A stretch of 64,000 nt of DNA from a virus (IMGVR_UViG_3300031760_005061:1-64000); one strand, 5' to 3'; counted from the stretch's first letter, positions 41,011-48,915 are shown. The notes: generated by a model not told the origin, from the sequence alone. Numbers and translations: made by a program.

Positions 41011-41315
41011 AATTTCTTACGATTTCGGTAATCCTTAGTTTTGTAGCTTGCATTGTATTTACAGCAGTATGTCTTGTTCTTGGCTGTCTTGGATACGAAG
41101 TATCCGACACGCTTATCCAATATTTCTTCATCGTATTTGGCGTAGAGTTCGCATCTGCGGCTGCTATCCAAATCTTTAAATATAAAATCAAGAAACAGGA
41201 AACAAAAGATAATATTGATAATCTTAAAGAAAACGACTTGCCGGTTGAGCATGATGATGTAATCGGCGGATCGTCGGAAGATGATTATTACGACAGTGGA
41301 ACCGTGTATGGATAA
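41007..41315 (+). CDS. Two-TM membrane protein (holin/antiholin candidate)
   Basis: Two hydrophobic helices, charged tail. Confidence 0.55.
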   Translation: MKFLTISVILSFVACIVFTAVCLVLGCLGYEVSDTLIQYFFIVFGVEFASAAAIQIFKYKIKKQETKDNIDNLKENDLPVEHDDVIGGSSEDDYYDSGTVYG

Positions 41316-41351
41316 TACGTGGTTCCTTTCTTATTAAGGAGGTTTAGCCTA

Positions 41352-41750
41352 ATGCTTGAACTCAAAAATGTACTCATTGAGTGTCTTATCGCGGTTATTA
41401 CTGTTACCGTACCTATCGTAACCAAGTTCTTAATCGCGTTCTTAAGGTCAAAGTCAACCGCAGTCAAAGAGACGGCGGCAACCGAAAACGAGCGTCGCAT
41501 TCTCGAACAGATTGACCAAGCAGTAGAAGACTCCGTTGATTATGTTTCTCAGACTGTTGTTGACACACTGAAGTCGACCAATCAGTTTGATAAGGACGCA
41601 CAGAGACAGGCGTTCCAGACCGCTCTCGTAACCACACTCAATGGCGTATCCGAAGAGGCGAGAAAGTTCTTATACGGCACGTATAACGATGTCACCGGTT
41701 TCCTTACAACCAAAATCGAAGCCGCCGTAAGACGTAACAAATTATTTTGA
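41352..41750 (+). CDS. Holin (LL-H-like)
   Basis: One TM helix, V..V.QT.VD.LK motif and C-terminal KIEAAV; AGGAGG RBS before ATG 41352. Confidence 0.7.
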   Translation: MLELKNVLIECLIAVITVTVPIVTKFLIAFLRSKSTAVKETAATENERRILEQIDQAVEDSVDYVSQTVVDTLKSTNQFDKDAQRQAFQTALVTTLNGVSEEARKFLYGTYNDVTGFLTTKIEAAVRRNKLF

Positions 41751-41763
41751 GGAGGGCGTATGT

Positions 41764-42426
41764 ATGGCAAAATGTATGACCAAAACAGAATACCTCAAAC
41801 AGGTAAAAGGGAAGAAGGTCGACACAGATGGCGTACCGGCAAATCAGCCGTTTCAGTGCGCCGATCTTGTCAAGGATATGCTAAAAAAATGTTACGACAT
41901 AGACTTCACGTTTACCCTCCCGGTTAAAAACCCTCACGGTTATGTTTACAGTTTATGGGAGAACTTTGACAGCTATACCGCGTTACAGGGCGTGGCGGTA
42001 AGAATTAAAAACACCCCGAGATTTACACCCCAAGCTGGCGACATCGTGTTATGGAAACCTAACGCCAAAACGGAAAACGGTACTCCGTTAACCGGAGCCG
42101 CCGGACACACAGCGGCTGCTCTCGGCAAAAACACAGGGACTTCCAGATTCAAATCTCTGGATCAAAACTGGGGTGGAAAGTATTATGTTGCAGAAGTGAA
42201 CCATTCCTACGACGGTATTTACGGCGTTGTAAGAATGCTTCTGAAATGCACCAAAGCTGACTTAAATGTACGCACTGGCCCCGGCACTAAATATCCGATA
42301 GCCAAAAAGGCAGACGGCGATGACTATGTTCTTCCGAAAGGAACCGTTGTTAAACCGATTGGATACGAAGGTAGTTGGGCGAAAATCGGTAAAGACCAGT
42401 GGGTATCAGCAAAATATCTTGACTAA
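41764..42426 (+). CDS. Endolysin, CHAP amidase + SH3b
   Basis: D.DG...QCADL (catalytic Cys), GHTA (His), DQNW; LNVRTGPGT SH3b domain. Confidence 0.92.
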   Translation: MAKCMTKTEYLKQVKGKKVDTDGVPANQPFQCADLVKDMLKKCYDIDFTFTLPVKNPHGYVYSLWENFDSYTALQGVAVRIKNTPRFTPQAGDIVLWKPNAKTENGTPLTGAAGHTAAALGKNTGTSRFKSLDQNWGGKYYVAEVNHSYDGIYGVVRMLLKCTKADLNVRTGPGTKYPIAKKADGDDYVLPKGTVVKPIGYEGSWAKIGKDQWVSAKYLD

Positions 42427-42444
42427 ACGTAGGTTAAATAAATT

Positions 42445-42481
42445 ATGGGCTACAGAAAATAATCTGTAGCCCATTTTTTTT
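42445..42481 (+). terminator. Intrinsic terminator ending the late operon
   Basis: ATGGGCTACAGA-AAATAA-TCTGTAGCCCAT followed by a T run. Confidence 0.9.
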
Positions 42482-42489
42482 GCAATACC

Positions 42490-42750
42490 ATTATGTCATA
42501 TTCACGCTTTTCACTATGTTAAATTCGGCATTAATCACACTTTTCGGTAGTAAATAAGGGGTATTAATCACACATTTTGTAACTTGTTGTTTTCATATGC
42601 AACAACAAGTTTACGCCCCATCGGGTATTGTTGAGGACATTTATGTCCGTATCAAACCCTATGCGGTTAACTACTTGACAAATGTCAAGTAGCACAGGTT
42701 GCGTACTATTAGATAATTACCGGAATAATAGGTTGCGTACTATTCCGATA
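42490..42750. repeat. Packed array of distinct palindromes and direct-repeat pairs (operator-like)
   Basis: Perfect 11-, 10- and 6-bp inverted repeats plus 11- and 15-bp direct repeats (see findings). Confidence 0.8.
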
Positions 42751-43771
42751 ATAGCCCCTCGAAGTAATTGTTCATAACCTCGTTTATTTCTTCGTGTGTA
42801 TCCTTGAAAGTATGCTGATATACATTCTGTAACATATTCTCCGTTGAGTGTCCCATGCGTTCTTTGGCGTATCTGTTCGGCACTCCTTGCTGTAGCATTA
42901 CCGACGCATAGTAATGGCGCAGTGCGTGGAACGTATATGGCATATCTATTTTCTTCATCTCGCGTTTATACATACTGTTCAGAGCCGCCGGAGAATCGTC
43001 TATTACAAAAGCGTCATCTTCTCCTCTGTCCGGTAGTGCGTTATACAAAACATCGGGCATAGATAAAGTTCTGTGACTCAGCAATGTTTTGGTTGATTGT
43101 TTGAGCGTGTATCCATTGTTACTATCGTTAACCCTTGCCTTGCTTATTGTTACGGTATGCTTATCCTTGTCTATATCTTTCCATTGTATTCCGTATATCT
43201 CGCTCTTTCTAAGACCGAGAAACACCGCGAAATATACCGTGAGTTCCAGTCGTGTTCCTTTGAAGTGGTTGAGTATCGTTCTCATCTCGTCCTTGTCCGG
43301 AATAGATATTTCCTTCTTTTGTCTTTTAGGCAGTACTATGGTTTCAGATATACGAATATCATTATCCTTCAACACGTTATTGATAAACGTAAATACATTG
43401 AGAACTGTTTGCGGCGAGTGATCTTCCGCGTACTTGTTTATACTCTTTTGAAGCGACTGTTTAGTGATATTTGCAAGTCGCATCTCAAACAGCTCCGGCA
43501 TACAGCCGCTAATTATTTTACGATATCCGTTTATGGTCGACGGAGACAGGACGCTGGTTCGGGCGTTTACGAACTCTGTGGCGGCCGTTTTAAGACTTTT
43601 ATTCTCCGGCTTGGAATTATACTCCCTTAACGCAAGAAAGCGATTTGCGGCCTTCTCAGCCTCTTTTTGGGACTTAGCCGTAAACGACTTCCTCGCCTTC
43701 TTCCCGGTCTCGTCTGTATAACAAATACGACACCGATAGTTTCCACTCGGCAATTTAACTGCACTGGCCAT
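42740..43771 (-). CDS. int: Phage integrase (tyrosine recombinase)
   Basis: Arm-binding N-terminus (KLPSGNYRCR..KSFT), GLRKSEI, HALRH, MGH, VYQH; adjacent to attP. Confidence 0.95.
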   Translation of the reverse strand: MASAVKLPSGNYRCRICYTDETGKKARKSFTAKSQKEAEKAANRFLALREYNSKPENKSLKTAATEFVNARTSVLSPSTINGYRKIISGCMPELFEMRLANITKQSLQKSINKYAEDHSPQTVLNVFTFINNVLKDNDIRISETIVLPKRQKKEISIPDKDEMRTILNHFKGTRLELTVYFAVFLGLRKSEIYGIQWKDIDKDKHTVTISKARVNDSNNGYTLKQSTKTLLSHRTLSMPDVLYNALPDRGEDDAFVIDDSPAALNSMYKREMKKIDMPYTFHALRHYYASVMLQQGVPNRYAKERMGHSTENMLQNVYQHTFKDTHEEINEVMNNYFEGLLSE

Positions 43772-43800
43772 ACTAACACCTCGTTTCTAATATGGCTTGT

Positions 43801-43829
43801 ATTATAAACTAAAACGGTCGCGGTGTCAA
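43801..43829 (-). promoter_or_regulatory. Consensus sigma-A promoter of int
   Basis: Minus strand TTGACA-17 nt-TATAAT, about 30 nt upstream of the int ATG. Confidence 0.85.
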
Positions 43830-43957
43830 TAGGCGTGTCCACTTTCGTGTCCACTTTATTTCCAAAATACTGGATAATAGTCCAAAATACCAAACATTTG
43901 TTCAAAATACTGGACGATTGAATAAACTCGAGAAGCGTTGATATACAAGGGATTAAA

Positions 43958-43999
43958 CAAAAATATAGGCAGGTCAAGGGTTTTAGCCTCAACCTGCCT
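43958..43999 (-). terminator. Terminator downstream of the tmRNA 3' fragment
   Basis: Minus strand AGGCAGGTTGAGG...CCTTGACCTGCCT followed by ATATTTTTG. Confidence 0.7.
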
Positions 44000-44000
44000 T

Positions 44001-44028
44001 TGGTGGAGATGGCGGTAATCGAAACCGC
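44001..44028 (-). other. att core = 3' end of tmRNA (ssrA)
   Basis: Minus strand GCGGTTTCGATTACCGCCATCTCCACCA: T-arm plus tmRNA-type acceptor strand CATCTCC-A-CCA; no 5' part present. Confidence 0.85.
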
Positions 44029-44113
44029 TAACTATTCAATTATATCAAGGGGTTTGGCGCGTTGTGTCCACTTTGTGTCCACTCGACTATCCAGAATACT
44101 GGACACATTGTAA

Positions 44114-44305
44114 TCAATCCGCCAATTTCTTGTTCCATTTAAGTACGATATCTATACCACGATCCGTATATATTTCATCAACCTTCAGTTTAAGAACTGC
44201 GTCAGAATACGGCGGAGTAAACGTGACTATTTGGTTTGTTTTGTTATTATACATATATACATCCGGTACACAATTAATTGCCGTAAGAGCTTCTTTAAGT
44301 GTCAT
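44114..44305 (-). CDS. Small hypothetical protein, paralog of 55600..55788
   Basis: GGAGG RBS; MTLKEAL...VDEIYTDRGIDI. Confidence 0.6.
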   Translation of the reverse strand: MTLKEALTAINCVPDVYMYNNKTNQIVTFTPPYSDAVLKLKVDEIYTDRGIDIVLKWNKKLAD

Positions 44306-44331
44306 AAATTCCTCCACCTCCTCCTTATTAT

Positions 44332-44592
44332 TTACTCCTTAATTAAAACACAGTTAACTGAATGAACTCGATATTTTGTTCCGTCTTTACTTATTATTAC
44401 TAATACATCATTATATGTATTAGGTATCCAATTTTCGATTTCAACTTCAACCGTGCTTCCGTCTGGAAATCTAATAATTGCTTTATTATAATCATCATTA
44501 CTAATATATTTTCTATTAGTGGATGAAGATGAACAACTTGTAAATACTAATATAATAACTGTAATAAGTATAATACTAATTATCTTCTTCAT
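44332..44592 (-). CDS. Small lipoprotein
   Basis: MKK + hydrophobic stretch + lipobox FTSC; AAGGAGG RBS. Confidence 0.7.
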   Translation of the reverse strand: MKKIISIILITVIILVFTSCSSSSTNRKYISNDDYNKAIIRFPDGSTVEVEIENWIPNTYNDVLVIISKDGTKYRVHSVNCVLIKE

Positions 44593-44594
44593 TT

Positions 44595-44807
44595 TTATTC
44601 CTCCTTCGAAGTCCTGCATAACTCAATGAAATCATCATACGCGGCTGTTCTAATTTCTTTCTCCATATTATCATTAGCTAATTCATGAGTATATACTGGC
44701 CTTCCGAGTTTTTCTTCGATATATTCATAAAAATATTTTCGCTTATTGCTAGCAAGCATACATATACCGGTAAAAGCTTCAACAATAGCACATTCTCTTA
44801 CAGTCAT
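44595..44807 (-). CDS. Hypothetical phage protein
   Basis: GGAGG RBS; YIEEKLGRPVYTHELA. Confidence 0.65.
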   Translation of the reverse strand: MTVRECAIVEAFTGICMLASNKRKYFYEYIEEKLGRPVYTHELANDNMEKEIRTAAYDDFIELCRTSKEE

Positions 44808-45286
44808 TTATCTTTCCTCCAATTATTAAACATTAATATTTCAAACCATTTATCAACGAAATTTTTAATATTAGATGTTTCATAATCATTCCCTTTTCTT
44901 ATATCCTCATTGAACGCACAGCAACCTATGTCTTGCTTGTACATCCAAGCAAGGTTTTCGGATATGATTTTAAATTCATAACTGCCAAACTTAAATGTAT
45001 CTCCGATTTCAAAGTTCGAAGATTCGAGTTTTTTGATTTGCAAAGCCGGACGCACACAAGCCAGAGTATAGTCAACATAATCGCCACCACCGCCGATGCT
45101 ACCGCCACTGACGACAAGTGCAGCACTGCTTGAATTATTACCAGGCGAGCGCAACCACCACCAAAAATCGTATTCTCTTTCTCCTTTTGTTAAATAGTTT
45201 TTTGCTTCTTCAATCGAGAGAAGTGTTGCTCCTGTAATTTCAAGTTTTTCTTCAACTGTTAATTCAAATATTTTATTTACTTTCAT
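44804..45286 (-). CDS. DUF6273/CLec-like protein carrying a DGR-type variable region
   Basis: LLSIEEA...WWWLRSPG...VRPAL motif set. Confidence 0.75.
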   Translation of the reverse strand: MKVNKIFELTVEEKLEITGATLLSIEEAKNYLTKGEREYDFWWWLRSPGNNSSSAALVVSGGSIGGGGDYVDYTLACVRPALQIKKLESSNFEIGDTFKFGSYEFKIISENLAWMYKQDIGCCAFNEDIRKGNDYETSNIKNFVDKWFEILMFNNWRKDK

Positions 45287-45299
45287 TTATTTCTCCTTT

Positions 45300-45539
45300 T
45301 TATCTCCAATCATGACTATCCATTATATCTGTATGATATGGGAGTCTGGTTGGCATAACTATTTTTTCAAATGTTTTCCCACAATACGGACAACATATTG
45401 GCTCTATTGACACCGACTTGGTCTTCCAAGGTTCTTTATAATTCGCAGTTAGTTCTAACCAACTGTCAGTAACATTAACATCACAATAAAGAACCTCACT
45501 ACAAGCACTACATACTGGTCTAAATATAATTTTAGCCAT
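45300..45539 (-). CDS. Zn-ribbon hypothetical protein
   Basis: CSAC and CPYCG; GAGG RBS. Confidence 0.6.
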   Translation of the reverse strand: MAKIIFRPVCSACSEVLYCDVNVTDSWLELTANYKEPWKTKSVSIEPICCPYCGKTFEKIVMPTRLPYHTDIMDSHDWR

Positions 45540-45807
45540 TTGTTTCACCTCTCATATCTGCTCCGCAATGAGGACAAAAGTTTGATTTGCCAACAAAATA
45601 ACTTTGATACCGATTACAATTCGAGCAATAAAATTCAAAATTATATCCAACCCATTTGCCGTGTTTAACCTCTACAACATCGGCAGAGGGTAATCTGTTT
45701 GCTATTTCATTGAGTTCTTCAAGTGTTATCGTTTCGCTTTCTTTTTCACATTGTAAGTAGTGAGATACTTCAAGTTCTAAATCCTTTGCATTTATGTATT
45801 TCGGCAT
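45532..45807 (-). CDS. Common phage Zn-ribbon protein
   Basis: PSADVVEVKHGKW...CSNC...FCPHCGADM. Confidence 0.75.
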   Translation of the reverse strand: MPKYINAKDLELEVSHYLQCEKESETITLEELNEIANRLPSADVVEVKHGKWVGYNFEFYCSNCNRYQSYFVGKSNFCPHCGADMRGETNG

Positions 45808-46188
45808 TGTCTTTCACTCCTTGTTAAAATTCTTGACTTTTGATTATGACAAATCGGGCATTCAAGCGTAGAGGCGTTTGTTCCGTATGGAAACATTGCT
45901 CTCCACACATTGCCACAAACTAAACATTGAACTTTTTTAGTTACCATTCTGTCAGTCATTCTGTTCCTTTTTTTCCTTCCTCGCTTAATATTCGGTCAAT
46001 GACGAGTAAATCGTAGCTATGTGCGAAGATTCTGCCTTGAATAAATGCGTAAAGTGATTTATCATCACTAAACTCTATTGACTCTATTTTCGCCTCTCTC
46101 AGTTCTTCCTCTATTGATTTGATAAGTCTTTCTTTTGCTGTCATTTGCTTTCCCTCCGTTCTCCCTTTGAACAAAATCTGTAGAATTT

Positions 46189-46407
46189 TCAATAAATAAT
46201 ACTATGTATTTCTTCCGGCGTGAGCTTGATTACTTTTGCGAGTTTTCTGAATTGTCCGAGTGTAAACTCATTCGGCTGATTGAGTTTTGCATAAAACGAT
46301 GAACGGCTCATGCCGAGCTCAAGGGCGAGCTGATCTTTGCTCTTTCCGGCGAGTGAAAGATAATAATTGACGCTTGCCTTAAGTGTATTTTGTGTAGTGT
46401 GTTTCAT
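46189..46407 (-). CDS. Cro/CI-type helix-turn-helix protein
   Basis: SKDQLALELGMSRSSFYAKL..P.EFTLGQ. Confidence 0.75.
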   Translation of the reverse strand: MKHTTQNTLKASVNYYLSLAGKSKDQLALELGMSRSSFYAKLNQPNEFTLGQFRKLAKVIKLTPEEIHSIIY

Positions 46408-46411
46408 ATTA

Positions 46412-46906
46412 TTAATCCCATAGATCATACAGTCTAAGCTTGAACCATTCGCACACAGCGTCTCTGGCTCCGTCTGACTCTCTTGCTTTTTCGCTGAATA
46501 TCTCGCTTGCATCGGAAAGAATAGCGAATAATTTGCCGGCGTTTACCTCTGTATCTAAACCAGCCGCTATATGTAAATCCTTGTAAACCTCATCCGGATC
46601 CGGATTTATCTTATCAACAAGGTCTGCTATATTGTTTAGTTCTTTTCGCCAGTCTTCTATATCCGCAAGGTCTGCCGGATAGCCGTGTGTAGTTTTCGCA
46701 AGATCTCTCAGTCCGCCGGAAAGAATCTTCTGCAAATACCAGTCAAAGTTCCACAGGTCGGCGTCAGAGTATCCGCGTACAACTCTCTGTTTTGCATGTT
46801 TAATATTTTTGAAAAATCTGCGTATAACTCTAAATACGCCACGGATGCTATATGGTCTATATATACCAATTTTCAAAGCGTTGTTTTCAAACCGATTATC
46901 TATCAT
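46412..46906 (-). CDS. Hypothetical phage protein
   Basis: QR..RGYSDADLWN...GYP...LWD pattern; GAGGGG RBS. Confidence 0.65.
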   Translation of the reverse strand: MIDNRFENNALKIGIYRPYSIRGVFRVIRRFFKNIKHAKQRVVRGYSDADLWNFDWYLQKILSGGLRDLAKTTHGYPADLADIEDWRKELNNIADLVDKINPDPDEVYKDLHIAAGLDTEVNAGKLFAILSDASEIFSEKARESDGARDAVCEWFKLRLYDLWD

Positions 46907-47140
46907 TGTACTACACTCCCCTCTCTTCTACCGGCGTTTGCAGTAGCTCATCTCGACGATTTAGATGTCTTAGATACTCCAGCCAACAGCCGTTTGTCTC
47001 TTTTGGATCCGGACACTCCGGTGTTTCACCCTCGCAGTATTTGCATACGAACGATAACCACTCATCGTTTCCGTTGATATTACAAGCACAACTGTCGCCA
47101 AGTGCGTCGGCGAGGATCTGGGCGACCTCGGCTTCTGTCA

Positions 47141-47497
47141 TTAATATACCTTCCATTGCTTGATATGTTTATTTAATTCCTTCCTATGATTCCACACATA
47201 TTCCTCAAAGATATCCCAGTTCATCATAAGCTGGTCATACACATCAACTTTAACATCCGAAGTTCTGTCCGAAGGAGGCCAGCTCGAGACAATTATTTCC
47301 CACTCACATTTACTCCAAAAATAATACATCGCATCCTTGCGGAGTTGTTCACCAAACGCCTCGCGATTATCCTTATTTTTTTTAAAATTTTTCTGAGTGT
47401 CCTTCGCAAAACCTCCGTGATTAAACACATTGAATTGTCTAAATATCCGTCTGTTTACATCCTCGCAGTAGACATTATACATAATATAGTCGCGCAT
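47141..47497 (-). CDS. Hypothetical phage protein
   Basis: GAGGAG RBS; YYFWSKCEWEI...KVDVYDQ. Confidence 0.65.
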   Translation of the reverse strand: MRDYIMYNVYCEDVNRRIFRQFNVFNHGGFAKDTQKNFKKNKDNREAFGEQLRKDAMYYFWSKCEWEIIVSSWPPSDRTSDVKVDVYDQLMMNWDIFEEYVWNHRKELNKHIKQWKVY

Positions 47498-47573
47498 TAC
47501 TCCTCCTCTTTTCTTATGATTTACTCCCCGAAGTATTATTTTGTGACATTTCGGGGAGTAAATTATTATTTTC

Positions 47574-47650
47574 TGGTTCCGGAGGCGGGACTCGAACCCA
47601 CGATATTCAGCTTATGAGACTGACTGACTTAGCCGCTGGTCAACTCCGGT
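47574..47650 (-). tRNA. tRNA-Met/Ile2 (anticodon CAT)
   Basis: Cloverleaf with loop CTCATAA, T-loop TTCGAGT, encoded CCA; A1:A72 mismatch. Confidence 0.85.
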
Positions 47651-47792
47651 ATATTAATTGCACATTTTGGTAGCTTGCAATGTGCATTATTTACACATTA
47701 CCATCTTCTGAATGTGCAAAACAGAAGAACGAACGGAAGGAATTACCGTTATTATACCGCTACCCCCGGCTTTACGGGTCCTACGGAACCTT

Positions 47793-47884
47793 TGGCGCTC
47801 CGAACAGGATTTGAACCTGTATCAAGGGCATTCAAACGCACTATCCCTTCAAGCGTTGAAGCTTTACCGTTAAGCTATCGGAGC
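47793..47884 (-). tRNA. tRNA-like element with aberrant anticodon/variable region
   Basis: Perfect 7-bp acceptor GCTCCGA/TCGGAGC + G-CCA, D-arm and T-arm intact; ~40-nt non-canonical middle. Confidence 0.65.
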
Positions 47885-48368
47885 ATTGTTTTGTAAGGCT
47901 GTAAAGTTCGTCCGGTCGGCACCCCGGAATCTCTTTAAGACTCCAAATGCGGAGTGTGACAGCTGCCTTTCTGTCCTCGAATTTACAGCCTGTGTTAAGG
48001 AAGCGCGTGGTCTTTTCTATGCAACCAGATTATTCCACGCTAATTCGGGTGGTTTTTACGGGGGACTTCCCCACATGACCGCCAAACACTCCAAGTTTTG
48101 CACGTAAGCAGGCAGTTGCATCTTCGTCGCCTTCGGACACCATCCGGCTGGTATCCTTTGGTTCCGGAACTCAATACAATAGAGTTTATAGACATCTTGC
48201 GTGGTCTCGGCCATACAACCTACGATAGTTGCTTAGACCGCTTGCCCGTGTATGATTTGACAGTACCTCAAATTACTCAGTATCTGCCGCCTCATTCCAA
48301 GCCCTACATTTTTAAGGTGTTGGTAGGTAAGCACCGGCTGTTGAGCGCAAGACGCGCCGTCAACAGCA
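47885..48368 (-). ncRNA. Putative structured non-coding RNA(s) between tRNAs
   Basis: No minus-strand ORF; many stems including a multibranch fold at 47896-47991. Confidence 0.5.
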
Positions 48369-48442
48369 TGGCAACGGTAATAGGGTTCGAACCTATACTA
48401 AGGGAGTCAAAGTCCCTTGTGCTTCCATTACACCATACCGTT
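48369..48442 (-). tRNA. tRNA-Gln (TTG)
   Basis: AACGGTA/TACCGTT acceptor, anticodon arm AGGGA-CTTTGAC-TCCCT, CCA. Confidence 0.92.
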
Positions 48443-48839
48443 ATATATCAAGCCGGGCGTGCAGTTTCAATCACGCGTAGCTGCTGTGGATTGCGTAAAC
48501 TTTATTAATTTATCACCGCCGTGACCTGCCTCGGTGTTAATTCACCAATACTTATTTATCATCGTTTCAGTCGACGTTTGCAATGTTCATTTGTCATTGC
48601 GGCAGGAATGATAGCGGCGCTGTGTTCACCCCACAGACGTTCCACGTACACAGTCCCTATTGTTTTAGTAGCTTTTAATGCTTGCTCACCGACTTGATTT
48701 CCGGCTTTTTCAAGGTTGGGCCACATCGTTGAGAGGTGTCCTTGCGGTTACGTACCGGATTGGGAGACGTCAATACCCACATATAAGTCCGCAGACTTAT
48801 ATAGTGGCTCTCCACGTACCCCTTGGCCTTCGGGGACTT
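48443..48839 (-). ncRNA. Putative structured non-coding RNA(s) between tRNAs
   Basis: No minus-strand ORF; stems such as ATATAAGTC/GACTTATAT, GCAATG/CATTGC, CCTGCC/GGCAGG. Confidence 0.45.
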
Positions 48840-48915
48840 TGGTGCTCACAGAAGGAGTCGAACCCTCAACCTTCTGATTACAAATCAGCTGCTCTACCAA
48901 TTGAGCTATGCGAGC
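48840..48915 (-). tRNA. tRNA-Thr (TGT)
   Basis: Canonical 76-nt cloverleaf, anticodon arm CTGAT-TTGTAA-TCAG, CCA. Confidence 0.95.

Larger units (their letters stand above)
43835..44104. other. attP region with arm-type repeats
   Basis: GTGTCCACT at 43835, 43847, 44064 and 44075 flank the core; TCCAAAATAC-like repeats at 43861, 43881, 43901 and 44090. Confidence 0.8.

Noticed and set aside
42490-42750. Possible mini-CRISPR array
   Set aside because: No single repeat recurs more than twice and there is no repeat-spacer periodicity.
43627-43992. 121-aa ORF over attP as an excisionase
   Set aside because: Runs across the int promoter and arm repeats, has no RBS and no HTH pattern.
47793-47884. 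Selenocysteine or UGA-suppressor tRNA (contains CTTCAA)
   Set aside because: Placing TCA in a loop breaks the D-stem and gives a 6-nt loop; acceptor is 7 bp; all large genes are intact in the standard code.
48199-48250. Superficial resemblance to a pistol ribozyme (CGTGG...ATAGTTGCTTA)
   Set aside because: P1 and the pseudoknot cannot be formed, and it is on the strand opposite the tRNAs.
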